Shown: in pieces, positions 23,980 through 36,372 of the stretch | Numbering within the stretch: the first letter of the stretch is position 1 | Layout: every line of letters begins with the position of its first letter | DNA from: Lobosporangium transversale | Taxonomy: Eukaryota | Length of the DNA stretch: 64,000 bases | NCBI RefSeq assembly: GCF_002105155.1 | Contig: NW_019028997.1 | Span: forward strand, 434,001-498,000 | Direction of reading: 5' to 3' | Position numbers and translations under genes: made by a program | The notes under the pieces: generated by a model | Told to the model about the DNA's origin: nothing | Seen by the model: the letters and a program-made list of their open reading frames with translations, nothing else | The model's database searches: none

Positions 23980-25157
23980 CAGTCTTCATCCAACAAGCCG
24001 TAAATTTTTTACGGATTTGTGGATTTTCACTTCTATTCATATCAATTCAATAAATATATCAAACTTTATTTCTTCTCATTCATTCATTTTCACTCAGTCT
24101 GATTCACTTCCTTCAGTAAATCGCGATATTCGTTAAATAGCTCCAATTGCCTTTGAGCTGCAACCCAGCGTTTCAATAGCAGAGGGTCATCGATTTTGCC
24201 CCAAGCATCCATAAATCGCTGAAAGTTTTCTTGTAGCTCCATTTATCGTCGGACTGGATGGAGGTGACTCGAGCTCGTCTGATAGCCCTTGGGGATCTGA
24301 GTCAAGAACACTGGATTCGTAGTCAACACCATCTTCGTCATCGTCTAGATTATCGTCCTCGTAGACAATATCATCTTCATTGTATGGGACGAAGCGATGC
24401 TTGTGCTTTTCAGATGTCGTTATCATCTTAACAGCGTCGAGGATCGACTCTGTAGGCCCTTCACAGTAGTTCATAGTGAGGTAATTGAGGACCCCGATAT
24501 CCTTTTGCTTGGTGATTTCTGCCGTTCCTCGCAAGCGGTTATCAGTCACATTGAGATCTATTAAAACACACAAGGTAAAATGGTTTTTTTCTTTTTCCTT
24601 TTCCTTTTTTTCTCTCTAGAATGATAGAGATGCCGCCTTACCGAGGTCTCTTTCAGCAGCGAACCACTCCAGCAAAGCTTCCACGGGCTCCATGTTTCGA
24701 TCGAACTTGCGTTTGACTGCATGACTAGCTAGGAGGGGTAGCGAATTCACGTCTTGAATGTACTCATTTTTTCGACGATAAATGTCTATTGCCGTCGAAG
24801 GGCTCATGCCAAACCTGCTCCAATGGAAGAAACAGAGACTTTGAACCCTTTTGCTCGTAGTTCATCGACGGCTTCAATGAGTTTCACTTTGTCGGCTAAG
24901 GAATAAGACTTGTGCAGCCTGTGCTTCTTGAGTGCATGTCTCGATCGAGAAGACTGGTTTCTAGGCTTTGTTGGGTTCATTTTTCGAAGCATAAGGATGG
25001 ATGTGGGAAGTGAATGTGAAAAAAAAAAGTGGTTACGCAAGAACATCGTATAAAAAAAAAAAAAAAAAAAAAGTTTGATATATTTATTGAATTGATATGA
25101 ATAGAAGTGAAAATCCACAAATCCGTAAAAAATTTACGGCTTGTTGGATGAAGACTG
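23980..25157 (-). mobile_element. Internally deleted pogo/Tigger-like element
   Basis: About 88-bp perfect TIRs starting CAGTCTTCATCCAACAAGCCG; TA at 23978-79 and 25158-59; CENP-B-type HTH coding relic from 24980 (KSYSLADKVKLIE...LLEWF), frameshift near 24807, intron 24641-24558; no DDD domain. Confidence 0.88.
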
Positions 25158-25676
25158 TACACACCATTTAGTCTCTCTCGCGGGATGCCAAACAATAAAG
25201 CTTGTACTCTGAAAGGATGCACCGTGAAAGAAACACCTTTTGCTTATATATATATCTATACAGCGTTTTTAATTGTTTTATCCATTTAAAATAAACTTTA
25301 TCGGTTTTTATTTAAAATTGTTCCAATGAATAAAGAAATTTATCCAAAGGTAAGTTAAAAGTTGACCGACCGAAAAGGGCTGAGAAATTTATCCAAATTT
25401 TGTCCAAGTGGTCATGCGGAATTAACCAAGGCCTACAATGTGTGTACTAAGCGTCCTTGCTTCGTTAAACAAAAGACACATGGTATCATACGACTCTATT
25501 ATATTATATACTATCCACCTTTCTATCAGTCCTCGCCCATTTTGCCGCACTGCGCATCCATCAGGAAAAAAAAAAGATCATGCGACTTTTGGCAGATCTT
25601 TTCCCTGACCCCAACCTTAAAACAAGACCCTATAGTTCAGGGGCGAGCGGCGCAACGAATTCATTCAATTGTTCCA

Positions 25677-25740
25677 AAAGGCGAAGCAAAAGGCGAAGCA
25701 AAAGGCGAAGCAAAAGGCGAAGCAAAGGGCGAAGCAAAGC
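25677..25740 (+). repeat. 12-bp tandem repeat (AAAGGCGAAGCA) x5
   Basis: Directly visible. Confidence 0.9.
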
Positions 25741-26107
25741 AGCAGATGACAGGCAGAACGGAAAGAGAATAAACAATAAAGTAGACATGTCCTTATTTTT
25801 CTCTGTGTCACCATGACGGATTTTCGGTTTTGACTGCCTTTATAGCCAACTTCTCACTTTAATTGGTGTTGAAGACCAACAAAATAAAGGCAAAGACGAA
25901 GTAAAGGACTACTCCCACAAATATTTATATGAAGCCAGAATCCCCAAATTTCTTGAATAACACTACGTCTTACCCTCAACTCACTCAGTCCCCTAACTCT
26001 TACTCCACTATCAACGTAAGTTTTTAGTCCCCAATAATTTGGACTGCAATCGTTGGATTCACATTAATGAAGCATAATCTCTAATTCTATACTCTTGCCA
26101 GCACAAA

Positions 26108-26617
26108 ATGTGTAAACGCGAAAAACAGTATTTCACCAATGACCACCGCCATAATCCAAAGGCAAAGCCTCTCCAAATTATCACCATGCATGCGGTCCTA
26201 CCTGGTCCTAATGAAGCAGCTCGCGCCGAATTTGAGTTCCTAAATATGACAAAATCTGAACAGCGCATTACCTTCGAGTTCCAGATAGGCCCAAGGCCCT
26301 CAAACCTACGCAGGCTTGGTGTAATCTCTGTGGGGCCCGAAAGGGAAGAGTCTAACAACGTAGATCTTAGCATGGAAGAGATACTTGAATTTATCTCCAG
26401 TGGATTTCACAGTCGCTGCAGGATGGAGGTCAATAACCCCATTAACGGATGGGTTGATTTCGAAATTGCCGAAGTTAACCGAAGGGATCTCGGCCAAGAG
26501 GAATGTGCGAGGGGATGCATTTCTATTGCAAGGGATCACAAAAGAGAGTATCTTAGGGGACAATATATTCTCCGACAATCAGCAACAGGGGCACGGTGTG
26601 GCGCAATGAATCCTTAA
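26108..26617 (+). CDS. Orphan 169-aa protein, unknown function
   Basis: Uninterrupted non-repetitive ORF with CAAAATG start context; GTAAGT...CTAAT...CAG intron (26016-26101) in the 5' UTR; TATA-like sequence near 25922. Confidence 0.55.
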   Translation: MCKREKQYFTNDHRHNPKAKPLQIITMHAVLPGPNEAARAEFEFLNMTKSEQRITFEFQIGPRPSNLRRLGVISVGPEREESNNVDLSMEEILEFISSGFHSRCRMEVNNPINGWVDFEIAEVNRRDLGQEECARGCISIARDHKREYLRGQYILRQSATGARCGAMNP

Positions 26618-27090
26618 AATGGCTTAGGGGATTCCCTGAGTGAAACATGCCAGGGCCATAATAAGTAACGAGAACGAAAAAAAAAAAAAAAAAAAAAAAA
26701 GTTGTGTTTAATACCATCTAGTGATCTTTGTTAAATAAAAAAGGGTAAAAGTCTTGGTTTAAATAAACCTATACAAATGACTGTTAATCGCAACAGTGGA
26801 TTCCAATTATGGCGCAAGAGATCATGAAATGTCATTTTTGCAAAACAACTGTCGCCGGAATTAGTCGTATCTAGGGGCGCCTTGGCAGGTTCCGAGATCA
26901 CCGAAATGCTTTCTGTAAACCCTTCCTTTGACTAAGTTATAGAAGCAGACAGAGCCATTTTGAATAGTTGAACAGTTGTTATCTGGTTGTCTCTGCTAGA
27001 GACAATAATAGAATGTATTAAAACCTGTGTGCTGGAGATGAGGTTGAAGATGGAAAGCGCAAAAGTTTAGTTTCTAGGAATACTGATTTT

Positions 27091-28676
27091 GCCGTACTTC
27101 TGAAAACTGATGCAATAATTTGCATTTTTTAACTTCATTCCTCATTCTCCTTTTCCTTTCTAATGATCTTCCCTACCATCACCGCTTCTCATTCTCATTT
27201 GTCTCACCTTCGTGGACTGTCATCGCTGTTCTCATCAATGACGCAATTAGCCATTTGTATAGTCATGTCTCATTGCATCAGTTTTGGTAAAAAGTACATG
27301 TCAGGTTTGTCCATCCCTTACTTCTTTCTTATTCTTTATTCTTTCTTTATAGCACCATCACCACTGATACACCAAGCGACACTCTACATATCTGGCATAT
27401 CTTTATCATAACATGAAATCGCTATCCAAATCAACTATCCAAAATGCAACTGCTCTACTTCATCAGGGAAAGTCTTCCAGAGAAGTGTTAAAGAGTTTAG
27501 GGATATCTGTTACCTCAGCTCAAAGGATTAGGAAAAGAGGCGAAGAAAGTATTCCAGTGCTAAGAGGGGGCCGACCCTGCAAAGTCACTAAGAAAACGAA
27601 ACAGCTTTTATCAAGATTTTTTGACATGGGTGTATTGGAGACCCTAAAAGATGCCAACAACTTGTTCAATTGAGGGAAGGAGTGCAGGTTAGTAAATCGA
27701 GCATCAGGAGGTTCCTTATGCAGGATGATATGGGGGCATATGTAAAACAGAAGCAGCCTGATCTGACGAAGAAGCAAATCTATGCTCGATATAATTTTGC
27801 AAAGGATCACTTGGACTGGACTTTAGAAGACTGGAGAGCGTCATGTTCTCAGATGAGACCATCTTTAGCAGAGTTGGGTCCTGCGGAAGAAAGTACTACT
27901 ACAAGCATCGATGGGATAAAACTCTACGAGCACATCATATCAAAAAGACAAGGCAAGGTGGCGGAGGGAAAATGATGTTCTGGGGTTGTATAACTTACTA
28001 CGGACCAGGCGATGGCTGCTGGCTCCGAGACATGGTGGATTCGGTAACCTACGTCGACGTTCTCAAGGATTATATTTTTAAGTCCAGGGATTACTACTTG
28101 ATGGATAAGGACAAATTTATATTTCAGCAAGACAATGCTAGGATTCATGCCGGAAGAATAGCAATGACCTATATCCAAAAGTCTAAGATACCTCTCATGG
28201 AATGGCCAGCAAACTCTCCTGACATCAACCCAATAGAAAACATATGGGCATACATGAAGGTGCAGTTGGATCATTATCCAGACAAGGCAAAGAATATGGA
28301 GGATCTCTGGGAGAGAGTCCAAGACGTATGGACACATATCCCTCCTGAATTCTTACACAAACTATACTGTGGTATGCCGAAGAGGATGAGGGAGTTATAT
28401 AAGGCTAAAGGAGGGAACATCGTTAGGGGAAAGGAGAAGTAACAGGAATAAATAAAAACAAGAAGTTGTTAATTGCCATAATAGATGCAATGAGATGCTG
28501 AAAGCAAATTGCAATTAAATGCTAATTAGGCCACTGATGGCGATGACGATGAGACTCCATGGAGGTGAGACAAATGAGAATGAGAAACGGCGGCGGCAGG
28601 GAAGATCATAAAGAAGAAGGAGAATGAGGAATGAATGGAAAAATGCAATTTATTGCATCAGTTTTGGCACGCACTA
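27091..28676 (+). mobile_element. Degenerate Tc1 (DD34E) element with long (about 200-bp) TIRs; transposase 27413-28442 with two frameshifts
   Basis: GGRPCK, FSDET, QQDNARIH and SPDINPIENIW; inverted similarity between about 27100-27290 and 28490-28665; right end ...GGCACGCACTA|TA; left end eroded. Confidence 0.9.
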
Positions 28677-28879
28677 TAGCAATGTCCTGTGGCTAGTAAA
28701 ACAAGCAAGACCAAGCTGTACAACATGAGCAAAGCGCAAAAGCGAGTGAGCTTCAGGATCAAACAAAAGACGGTATTTCTTTTTCCTCCTTCGCCACTTG
28801 GAGTGACAAGAGTGAAAAAGTTGGCAAAGTCTTTAGAAATGAGGAAATCCTTCATCTTCTCGTCCTTCATCATCCATTG

Positions 28880-29400
28880 AAATGAAAAAAACAAAAACAT
28901 CAACAATTCCGAAATACCAACAACATTGAAGAAATTTGTGTCAGAACCACCCCCACTTCTGCAAGTAATGGTAACTCATCATGCTCTGTGTAGTTGCACG
29001 ACATTCGAGAAGTGTTTCCGGATGCACTACGATTCAAGCTGAATAGTCATCCCATTCCATTTCTTTTAGACGCTGATGATAACAGGTATGGAAAGTTTTC
29101 AATGTATCTTTATCATCGTGCCTTATCAATTGCTCTAAAAAGGATCCAATTTGAAAAAGTTCATTCTTTTTTATCTATTAAAGTCGAACCTCCACATACT
29201 GCATTCTATCCTGACAAGGTCCTGGAGGTCATTACAGAAATGCCACAGGTCTGCAGCTGTAACTGCAGCTGCAACAACAACAATAAAGTCGTTATCCCTT
29301 TGTCTACATCGAGAAAGCTGGTAAATCGGACTTTTTCTCAAGATGCTAAGTTATCATTATCAAGTTTGGTTCAATCCTTCAACCACTGCTTCCCCTCATA
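28880..29400 (+). pseudogene. 5' fragment of a paralog of the LRR gene at 14614-17792
   Basis: LHDIREVFPDALRFKLNSHPIPFLLDADDNR|gt..intron..VEPPHTAFYPDKVLEVI versus LQDIRDVFPNALRFKLNGDPIPFLIDLEGNR|IEPPRIAFYPDEVLDVI; same intron position; stop and frameshift lesions. Confidence 0.9.
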
Positions 29401-29409
29401 GTTTCAAAT

Positions 29410-32250
29410 CACTGAAGTGCTCTTTCGTGTCAACTCAAACAAATTTCTCCCTTCGACATTTTCATCTTGTATTCCTGTAGATGTGCGAATAAAAAGGGCT
29501 GCACCATCAGTCCACTATTATCAATCTCAACAGCCCCCACAATATCCACAACTCCATCATCCATTGCTTCAAAACTCTCTTTATCAGACCTATCAACCAG
29601 CCTATCAACCAGTCTATCAACCACACTATAAAATAATCCATCAGCCTCCCCGTCATCAACAACCTAAGTCAGACATACAGGTATATGTAACCACCATGAC
29701 TTTAGAGTAGCTCAATATATTCAGAATTTTAATTTTGCCAATCTAATTAATTACTTTTCAGCCTGATATTAGTTCTTCCATTTCTGAAACACTGCGACCT
29801 CTCCATTTTCGCCTCCACCATCACCTGCTATTTCGTTAGCAGAAACTGGCACTCGAAAACGCAAACAGCCGGATTCAAAAGTAACTAAGCCTTCAGAATC
29901 TAAATCTAGAGCTACAGCAAAGGCCAGATTAAATGACAACGAGAAAGTGAAACATGTCTATACTGAAGAACAGGATGAATTCCTTGCAGAGAAACTCTCG
30001 AATGAGTGTACTAATGAAGTCTTGCGAGGCGCGGGCGAGAGAAACCAAGCGCTACCACCTAAAAGTAAAATACATCTACAGCTCGCCATGGAGTTTAATG
30101 AGCAGTATGGAGCATCGCTTAACGCCGCGCAAATCAAGAACAAGATCGCACATATGCAGAAAATCTGGAAGGAAAGGAATGCATTCAAGAACAGTACAGG
30201 CAATGGCGACGACAATGATGAAGAAACTTTGAGGCCCAAGATTCTTAATAGATGCAGCTTTTTCTACATATTAGAGCCGGTCTAGTCTACGTCATGGTCT
30301 TTGGCTCCTAGGAAAATAATTGAGTGTACTGTTAATCCAACAGACCACACAATTGTATCATGCGAAGATGACACCACAGAAAGAGAAGAAAGCGAGGAAG
30401 AACAGTCTATTGCAGATGCTAAAACTACTGCTAAAGCTACTAAATTGAATAAGCGAAAGCAGCGAGTTGTAGAGGATACATCACGAACTACGAAGAGGCA
30501 ACAGAGAAACCATCAACTTGACAAGCTTATAGAAGGCCTTGATAAAGCAAGAGAGTTATCGGAAAAGGCCAGAGTAGAAAAGGAGTCAAGCAAGCGCATA
30601 GAGCAAGCTGAGGTGACAAGACGAATTACTTTGGAAGAGGAAACTAAGCGCAAGGTGGAGGAAGAGGAAACTAAGCGCAGGGCGGAGGAAGAGGAAACTA
30701 AGCGCAGGGCGGAGGAGATTCGGTTGGAAGTAGAGCGTCAAAAAACAAGGCAACTCGAACTCCAGCTGCAGCTTGAACTTGCCAAGTGTAAACGTCTCAA
30801 AATGGAGAGGATGTCCGGCCCAAACTCATCCACAATTATAAATACACAGTCAGATACTTCAAGCAAAAACAATTAATATAAATACCAAGTGCAGTTTTTA
30901 ATAATAATAATGAGGGCGCTTCTTTGATCTACCACTCGTATTTATCCTGTCAATGGCCATGTTCATAATATCATGTCTTTCTTGGCGTGCATTGTCTTGT
31001 TTCCGAGGGTCCTAGGTCCTTCCTCATTCTCATCTTCGCTCTCATCCTCGTCATTTCTTTTTCTCTTATTCCCTTGCGTTTCACCTTCCAGTTCCTTCTA
31101 CTGTTCTTCTGTAGCTTCCTTTTTGTAGCGTATGAGAACTCCTTCATCCAGATCGGGAACGACTAGTTCGGGTAGCTTGAGTAGGTTATGCAAAAACAAC
31201 GCAAGCATATATTATCTGACATGCACGGCGAACCCCTCGCTCATTCGTAATATCGGCTCGGAGTTCTTTGAGACATCCAAAACGACCTTTAATCAGTCCA
31301 AAACCGTGTTCAACGATAATCCTTGCTAATGAATGAAGGAGGTTAAAAGTGCTTTGGTTCTGAGACCTTTCGCCATTCTGCTTTCTGTATCCTGTTAAGA
31401 CCGTCCGAGGCAATCCATATGCTGCGTCTCCCAACAAGCGTTCGTTAGCGTTAAAGTACTTTTTTGTGTGCGTGAACAGGGAAGTACTTTTGTAAGCTGA
31501 AGATCCGTGGCAGCTCCCAACATATCCTGTAAAGACAAAGGTGAACTCGCCACGGTAATCGCAGACAGCTGTTGCACCCATTGCAAATCATTGTTTCCTA
31601 GTGCGCCATGAGTGTCGAGACATGATTGGTGCACGAAAAAGTGATAGGTCTGTACCGTCCATAGCACCAATTATGGAAGGGATGTAGCAACGATCTTCGA
31701 AGGCTTTCATAATAACGGCCTTTTCTGCTTGATCTGGTGCATAGCGCACTTGCATCGTTTAACGAACCGACCTACTGAGCCTGATGGACATGTCATGGCT
31801 CGACGAATGGCGCGGTTTCGTTGAGAGAGATCCATAATGGCATAATCGGTGAGGTGCCACTTTTAGCTGAACTACAACATCGGTCTGTTTTCTTCCAGAG
31901 GAGCTGAAGACAGGGTGTGTTTCTATAAGTTCCGCAATGAAATTGAACAGATTTGGTGTCCTATGGAAAGCATTAAAAAGTCTTCGGGCGATAGTTCTGA
32001 GAGAGTAACATCACGGTAGAAGGGGGGAGGAAGGTTTAATGCCATACGGAGAAGGATTCAGGTATCGAACGCCTTTTAACCAATAGATGGTGACAATAGA
32101 ATTCACTAGCACAGGAGATACATGCCATTTTTTTGGGGCATCGATGCAACGTTAGATTTCTTCGGTTGCCAGGTCGATGGCAAGATATATTGCTCGTTCG
32201 CGACGAGATATCTTTTCACGACGGTAGTTGCGGGGGAGAGACAAGATGGT
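29410..32250. mobile_element. PIF/Harbinger element 1 (degenerate): Myb/SANT-like ORF on + (to 30876) and convergent DDE_Tnp_4 transposase on - (about 32250-30910)
   Basis: Transposase pieces IIGAMDGT, LLGDAAYG and ARIIVEHGFGLIKGRF; Myb-like AAQIKNKIAHMQKIWKE...STGNG...CSFFYILEPV plus coiled coil; internal stops. Confidence 0.85.
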
Positions 32251-32399
32251 TGTTAATTGGGTGATTTTTTTTCAATTAAAATTTATTTATCTTCACGGCC
32301 AAGGGATCAGATGTTTTGCACTAAAGGGAAGGTGTCAAGCGAAAAATTCAACAAATTTTGTCAGGCCAACACACACTGTCAAACTCTCTTTCTACTTCA

Positions 32400-34336
32400 C
32401 TTGTCGACATGCCGCGTAAATCTGACATGAGCACCATTGTTATAGGTGATTCAACCAATGATGTCGATGAAACATGCGTCGCTGAAACAACAGAGCTTTC
32501 TGAACGAGAAGATTCCAATAAGACCCCAAGAATCGCTACGCGGCTTAAATTCCGAAAAGATTCCATGCAGGAGCTCATACTACTCAGAGCACTTGCGTTG
32601 CATCAACCTTTCCGTGCCCCTCACGGACAGGTCGCTGAGACATGGGACAAAGTGGTCGAATTTCTTCACAACTATGATTGGAAAGAGAGACCCCATAATC
32701 CATACTTCACGAAGGTCAAACGTCGCACCTCTGTCAGCACACCTGGGATCGGCTGCAGGAAGAGCAGAAGAAGTACGAGGCATACATTAAATCAGCTACA
32801 GGCATATCACCCGATGAAACAGAAAGGAGGAGGCTGCTAGAAGAGCTCTGTGAAGGAAAGCAAGCAGCCGATGACGCTATTGTATAAGCCAGACAACAGA
32901 AAACTCAACAACAGGAGCAGGCAGCCGAAGATAGGCGTTTTGGCCAAGAATTGCTAAACCTTACGGAATCCACTGAAGCTAGAAGAAGATATGAATCAGA
33001 GTCGGATACCAGCTCTGCCTCAACAAAGTACGGAAAAAAAAAAGTACTACTTTTTGGAGATACAGCAACAGCAACAGCAACAGCAATAGGAAGCTATTGC
33101 CTTTGTTAAAGAACAACGAGACCTTCTTGCGTTGCAAGTGGAACTTATGAAAGAGGGCATGAGAGAACGTAAAGAACGAGCAGCTCGGAAGCTTGAGCTC
33201 GAGAAAAGGCGCCTTGAGATCAAAGAGGAATATAACAGAAAGAGGCTGAAAATGGATCAAGAGCGTGAATTGAGACAGGCAGAAGCAGAGGAGCGGAGAT
33301 ATAGAGAAACTTTGCAAGTACTAAAGCAGTCAACGTTGACAAGTCAGGTTTTGGCAGAGGTGCTAAAAAAGGTTCAAGAAAGTAATGGTAAGATATTCTA
33401 GGCGTTTATTGCTATTATTATTTTATTATTATTATTTTTGAGATGAATATTTCAATGGCTGTGGTATTTACGAGGGGTGGGATGTTGCATATTAAAATAG
33501 TCTCCAGTCTTCGAACCGTTGTAACAAGTGTGAAGATTGGTTAAAAAAACTGCTACTCGAAAGTGGAGGGTAATTGGTGTCATCAAAATGCGTTGGGTAG
33601 ACGAAAATTCCAGATTGGAAAAGTAGCGAGACTGTTCCTATTGCACATTCTACAGCTACCCGATGTTGTGTCATATTGCGATTGAAAGCTCTTTCTCGTC
33701 TCGACGTCCCTTCATGAGCAGGGTATGGTTCCAGGTAATGAGGGCCTAGTTGGTACGCCGAGTCGCCATAGACAGTAAGCCTAAGTCCTTCAGAAGTAAA
33801 TACATGTTGCCTGAGGAGCTCCATCAATCTTGATTGTCTGCACATCGTCAAATCATGTGTCTTCCCTAGTGGTGCAGGGCCTACGTGGATGATGATACCG
33901 TCTGGAACCACTAGAACCTGATATTTGTATGCACGGTACCGCTTGTGCCCATTGTACATTACCCTCTGTCCAAAAGATGGTCGACAGGTTTTTCGGACAG
34001 TTCCATCCACGAAGGACCACACTCTTGGATGTCCACCTTTACAAGAGACCGCAGCAGCATAGTTTTCAAGCTTCATCCTTGTCAGTCTCTGCACATCCCA
34101 CATCAAGATAGGTTCGAATCGTCGCGCAATAAGACCGATGTTTTCCTTGATAATTCTTGAAATTGCACTGCCATCTCTTACAAAAATAATGGACATGCGA
34201 TCGAGCTCAATGTATGATGACAACCGGAACAGAACGAGCCATAAAGCCTCTTGGCTTGAAGCCTTGTCTCTTCGGGTGGTTGTGATAAAATCAGGAAGAA
34301 GTAGCAGCGTCGCAAGTTCAATAATTTGGCCAGAAG
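32400..34336. mobile_element. PIF/Harbinger element 2 (degenerate): Myb-like ORF on + (32408-33401) and convergent transposase on - (about 34336-33490)
   Basis: WSFVDGTVRKTCRP..QRVMYNGHKR, YQVLVVPDG, VYGDSAY and HRVAVEC; Myb-like ELILLRAL..HQPF....WDKV; frameshifts; 5' end of the transposase cut by a hAT-like fragment. Confidence 0.85.
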
Positions 34337-34430
34337 CGGTGCTCCTATTCGAACCATTCGAATCGAATTTCACTGATATCGAGTTCAATTCGAATAAGGT
34401 AAGTTCGTTTTCGATTTGTTTTCGAATGTC
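34337..34430 (+). mobile_element. hAT-like terminal fragment (C[A/G]GTGCTCCTATTCGAA family)
   Basis: Same terminus as the elements at 35335, 36106 and 51352; TTCGAA-rich subterminal repeats. Confidence 0.75.
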
Positions 34431-34921
34431 AAGGACTGACAAAACGATTGCAAGGAAAGGTAAGTAAATGAGAAACACGAATGAGCTTAAGGACTAGAAT
34501 AGATTCAAGAATAGTTTTATTGCAGACTGAGGTTCTTTATGTTACAAGTCTACGATATTTATATTTGTTTGGCTGGAGCGGAGACGCGTTTCAAGAACTC
34601 TAAATAAAGCTTACTCAAATTCTTCCTAATGACTTCTACCACATGCGGAGCTCCAAGTGTTGAGCAAACTTAATACACAGGATCCGAGGAACATATCTGA
34701 TGCAATCTTAATTCAAGGTTCCTTGGCGCCATGAGCCTTGGCTTTTGATCTATGGCTCTTCTAGAATTCTTGGAGCTATTCACGGAGCTAGAAAACTACT
34801 GTAGGAGACGCGACTTGGCTTGACAGACAAAAACTATGGAGGGAACAAATTAATCAAGCACACGTGATCTTTTTCTGATTCATCATTGCACTAATTTCTA
34901 ACGAGCATTTGGATAGGAAAG

Positions 34922-35031
34922 TCCCTTTATTGATCACCTCCTACTGATTTAACAGGGATAAAGAAAATCTTTAAATGATAACTAATGATTGATCGGCGAA
35001 ATTACTACTTACATGTGACTGATATATCACA
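34922..35031. repeat. Inverted copy of the repeat at 21841-21951
   Basis: Direct reverse-complement match with mismatches. Confidence 0.85.
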
Positions 35032-35334
35032 ATGGCATCAAGAGAGCGACATATGATTTAAGTACTGGAGTTTTTTTCTTTTTTCTTTTTCCACTTCTCC
35101 TCTTCCCATTTTCATTCTCCAATCAACTCATTCACATTCATCTTTACTACAGTAACAACTCCAATCCCAAAAGTGAATGCTGTTAACAACACTGGTGGAA
35201 GGACTAATCCTATCTCCGGAATGGACAAGCTGAGCGGACAGCAACCAAGCGGGTAACAGTTTCGAAACCTAAAGAACCCACTCCAAAAAAACAAGTGCCA
35301 GAAGCAAGATTATATCCAACAAATTGGTCGGGAT

Positions 35335-35534
35335 CAGTGCTCCTCCTATTCGATTCGAATAAGCCCTAATCTGGATTGATTCGAATAGTTCGAATGACTC
35401 GAATAACGCCCTTCGAGTATCGAATGACTCGACTCGAATGGTTCGAGTAGCATTTGAATTTAGATTTCTATTCGAAAACGAATCGAATTCGAAGTCAGTG
35501 AAAGTGGATTCGAGTGTTTCGAATAGGAGCACTG
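35335..35534. mobile_element. 200-bp hAT-like MITE (CAGTGCTCC...TTCGAATAGGAGCACTG)
   Basis: TIRs at both ends, many internal TTCGAA/TCGAAT units; no clear TSD. Confidence 0.8.
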
Positions 35535-35841
35535 CCTAGGAAAAGGAAACAGATCGAACACCCATTGAAGCCGTTTATTGCATGGATAGCGAACTGGTCA
35601 ACGGCACTTTCATCTCAAATGGACATCTTCTTGGGTTCGAATCAGAAATTATTGGGAAATCACCAGAGTGGACTTGAAGCGATGAGTTTGAGGAAATCGT
35701 CGAAGGTGGTGTTGATACACAAACATGCAAAACTGGATGGATATTCCACTTCATTGTACCTCTCTTTTTTATTCCTTGGAGCCGCATATGTATATAGCAC
35801 TCATACCTTGCATTAATAAAGCTCCCATCTTCATCTGCAGC

Positions 35842-36135
35842 CCCATTCGAACCATTTGAATAGAATTTCATTAGTATCGAGTTCGAATCGAATGAGGTAA
35901 GTTCGTTATCGATTCGAATGCTATTCAATACTCGAATCATTCGAACCATTGGCACAATAGGAAATGATAATATTAAACTTGTATTGATTTTATTGATGTT
36001 ATTTATTTTTATTTTTTATTTTTATTTTTATTTTTTTTTTTGGTTGGGTGTAATAACATAATGACCGAGCCTACGCTACGCGTAACAATGCTTGCTACCT
36101 TTCATCAGTGCTCCTATTCGAACCATTCGAACCAT
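35842..36135 (+). mobile_element. Further hAT-like TTCGAA-family fragments (35842-35950; 36106-36135)
   Basis: Similar to 34337-34430; CAGTGCTCCTATTCGAACCATTCGAA at 36106. Confidence 0.7.
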
Positions 36136-36139
36136 TAGG

Positions 36140-36372
36140 TGAGAGGAGAAGTAACAGGAACATAAAATATAAGAAGTTATAATTTGCCATAGCAGATGCA
36201 ATGAGGTGCTGAAAGCAAATTGCAATTAAATGCTAATTAGGCCATGGATGGCGATGGCGATGACAGACAGTCCATAGAGGTGGGACAAATGAGAATGAGA
36301 AACTGTGGTGGCAGGGAAGATCATAAGAAAGGAAAAGGAGAATGAGTAATGAATGTTAAAAGGCGCACTATA
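36140..36372 (+). mobile_element. Solo right end of the Tc1 family at 27091-28676
   Basis: GCTGAAAGCAAATTGCAATTAAATGCTAATTAGGCCA...GGCAGGGAAGATCATAA...GCACTATA matches 28430-28678. Confidence 0.88.

Noticed and set aside
25362..25816. ORFs containing (KGEA)n or (KRRS)n
   Set aside because: Products of the 12-bp tandem repeat; no coding evidence.
34337..34478. Apparent hydrophobic N-terminus or signal peptide on the 328-aa Harbinger ORF
   Set aside because: It is read through an inserted hAT-like fragment and is not part of the transposase.
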